Of a stretch of 53,302 nt of DNA, positions 52,114 through 53,302 are shown one piece after another (position 1 is the stretch's first letter; each line of letters starts with the position of its first letter). The notes under the pieces were generated by a model. That model was not told the origin of the DNA and ran no database searches. It saw only the letters and a list, made by a program, of their open reading frames with translations. The position numbers and the translations under genes were made by a program. Source of the stretch: an uncultured Dictyoglomota bacterium (lineage in GTDB: Bacteria; Dictyoglomota; Dictyoglomia; Dictyoglomales; Dictyoglomaceae); assembly GCA_964654465.1 (NCBI GenBank), contig CAZZIO010000007.1:1-53302 (forward strand), in the 5' to 3' direction.

Positions 52114-53302
52114 TTATTCTATTGTCTTAGGAGTTATAAGTATAATAAGCTCCTTCTGAACATTTTGAGTCTTCCTTGCTTTAAAGAGTTCTCCAAGAAT
52201 TGGGATATCTCCTAAGAGTGGTACCTTAGACATACTTTCAATTTCTTCTTGTCTTAACAAACCACCTAAGGCAAGAGTTTCACCATTCTTCAAGTTAACT
52301 ATGGTTTGAGCTTCTCTGGTCGATATTATAGGTACATCTCCATCCTTTCCTGCATAACCACTTATTGTGCTAACCTGAGGCTTAATATTTGCAGTAATAG
52401 TACCATCAGGATTTATAGTAGGTGTTACATCAAGTATTATTCCCACATCTATATATGTAATTGATCTATTACCTTGAGCATCATAAGATACCAATGGTAC
52501 CCTATCACCTATCATAATTCTTGTAGCTTTACCACTTATAGTTGTCATACTTGGTTGAGCAAGTATTTTAGCTTTATTTTGGGTCTCTAAGGCCTTTATA
52601 GTAGCAAGCACACTTTCAGGATTTATAATACTTAACTTCAGATCTTGCCAACCAACATTAGCTTCTATTTTAATACCTGTACCTATATTTTGTGTACCCC
52701 ACGCTATACCTATATCCTTTACATTTTCTCTTGATACCTCTACTATTTGAACATCTACTTTTACTTGTGGGGTTGGCTTATCAAGTTTTGCTATCATATT
52801 TTCCACAGCTGTAACTTGGTCTACAGGACCTTGAACCAACAAAAATCCTGAGGTTTGATCATAATAGAAGGATACATCTTTAGCAAGACCTGAAACTACA
52901 GATTTTAATGTATCTAAGGATATATATTTTAGCTTATACTCTTTTGTAATAGTTTGTACTCCCTCTTTAGCTGTTATAACTGGTGGCACATAAGGTCTAA
53001 CATATGTCACAACACCCACTTTTTCAAAGGTTATATTTCCTATTCTACTCAATATATCAATAGTATCTTGTAACTCTACCCTGTTTAGATAGAGATCTAC
53101 TTCTCCTACTACCTTTGGATCTATCACAAAGTTAATATCTGCTTTCTTACCAAGCTCCCTCAATACTTCCCTTATATCTGCCTTCTTCAAATCACAGCTT
53201 ACATATATCTTCCCTTCTTCTTTCTCTACACTTAATAACTCCTTCGCTACTACTACCTCTTCCCCTTTCCTCTCCACATCTATCCTGCTTATTAGATCAT
53301 CA
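52114..53302 (-). CDS. Secretin (PilQ/GspD family), 5'-truncated by the window edge
   Basis: STN/N0-like domain, LDKPTPQV, GIILDVTP, KVPLLGDIPILGELFK and ELIILITP motifs; frame stays open past 53277 to the window end. Confidence 0.93.
   Translation of the reverse strand, partial: DDLISRIDVERKGEEVVVAKELLSVEKEEGKIYVSCDLKKADIREVLRELGKKADINFVIDPKVVGEVDLYLNRVELQDTIDILSRIGNITFEKVGVVTYVRPYVPPVITAKEGVQTITKEYKLKYISLDTLKSVVSGLAKDVSFYYDQTSGFLLVQGPVDQVTAVENMIAKLDKPTPQVKVDVQIVEVSRENVKDIGIAWGTQNIGTGIKIEANVGWQDLKLSIINPESVLATIKALETQNKAKILAQPSMTTISGKATRIMIGDRVPLVSYDAQGNRSITYIDVGIILDVTPTINPDGTITANIKPQVSTISGYAGKDGDVPIISTREAQTIVNLKNGETLALGGLLRQEEIESMSKVPLLGDIPILGELFKARKTQNVQKELIILITPKTIE

Overview
AT-rich bacterial chromosomal segment, mostly core genes. 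Gene content and order mix Firmicute-like operons with an outer-membrane secretin, Rho and an archaeal-type peptide ABC transporter. This suggests a thermophilic anaerobic diderm such as a Dictyoglomus-like organism (inference, not database-checked). It holds 11 tRNA genes in three minus-strand loci and about 45 CDSs. These include rho-GerMN-two metallophosphoesterases; perR-argR-kinase-miaB-mutS-mutL-miaA-dapL-hflX; nfnAB with a CsoR/CstR-family regulator; a 5-gene peptide ABC transporter; an aro operon; a polar amino-acid ABC transporter; hslO; and secretin-pepP-efp-accB-accC-asp23-amaP-nusB-dxs-tlyA-nadK-recN-nudix-ald. I saw no mobile element, CRISPR array, rRNA or clear pseudogene. The best leads are: (1) an NfnAB/SudAB operon ending in a CsoR-family repressor with a C-Y-C fingerprint, with a CsoR-type operator on its -35; (2) an EF-P whose modifiable Lys loop (PGKG) is replaced by MAQG; (3) a Per box in the perR promoter that heads the mismatch-repair/tRNA-modification string; (4) an orphan PdtaS-type kinase with a degenerate ATP-binding G1 box. 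All functional calls come from motif recognition by eye.
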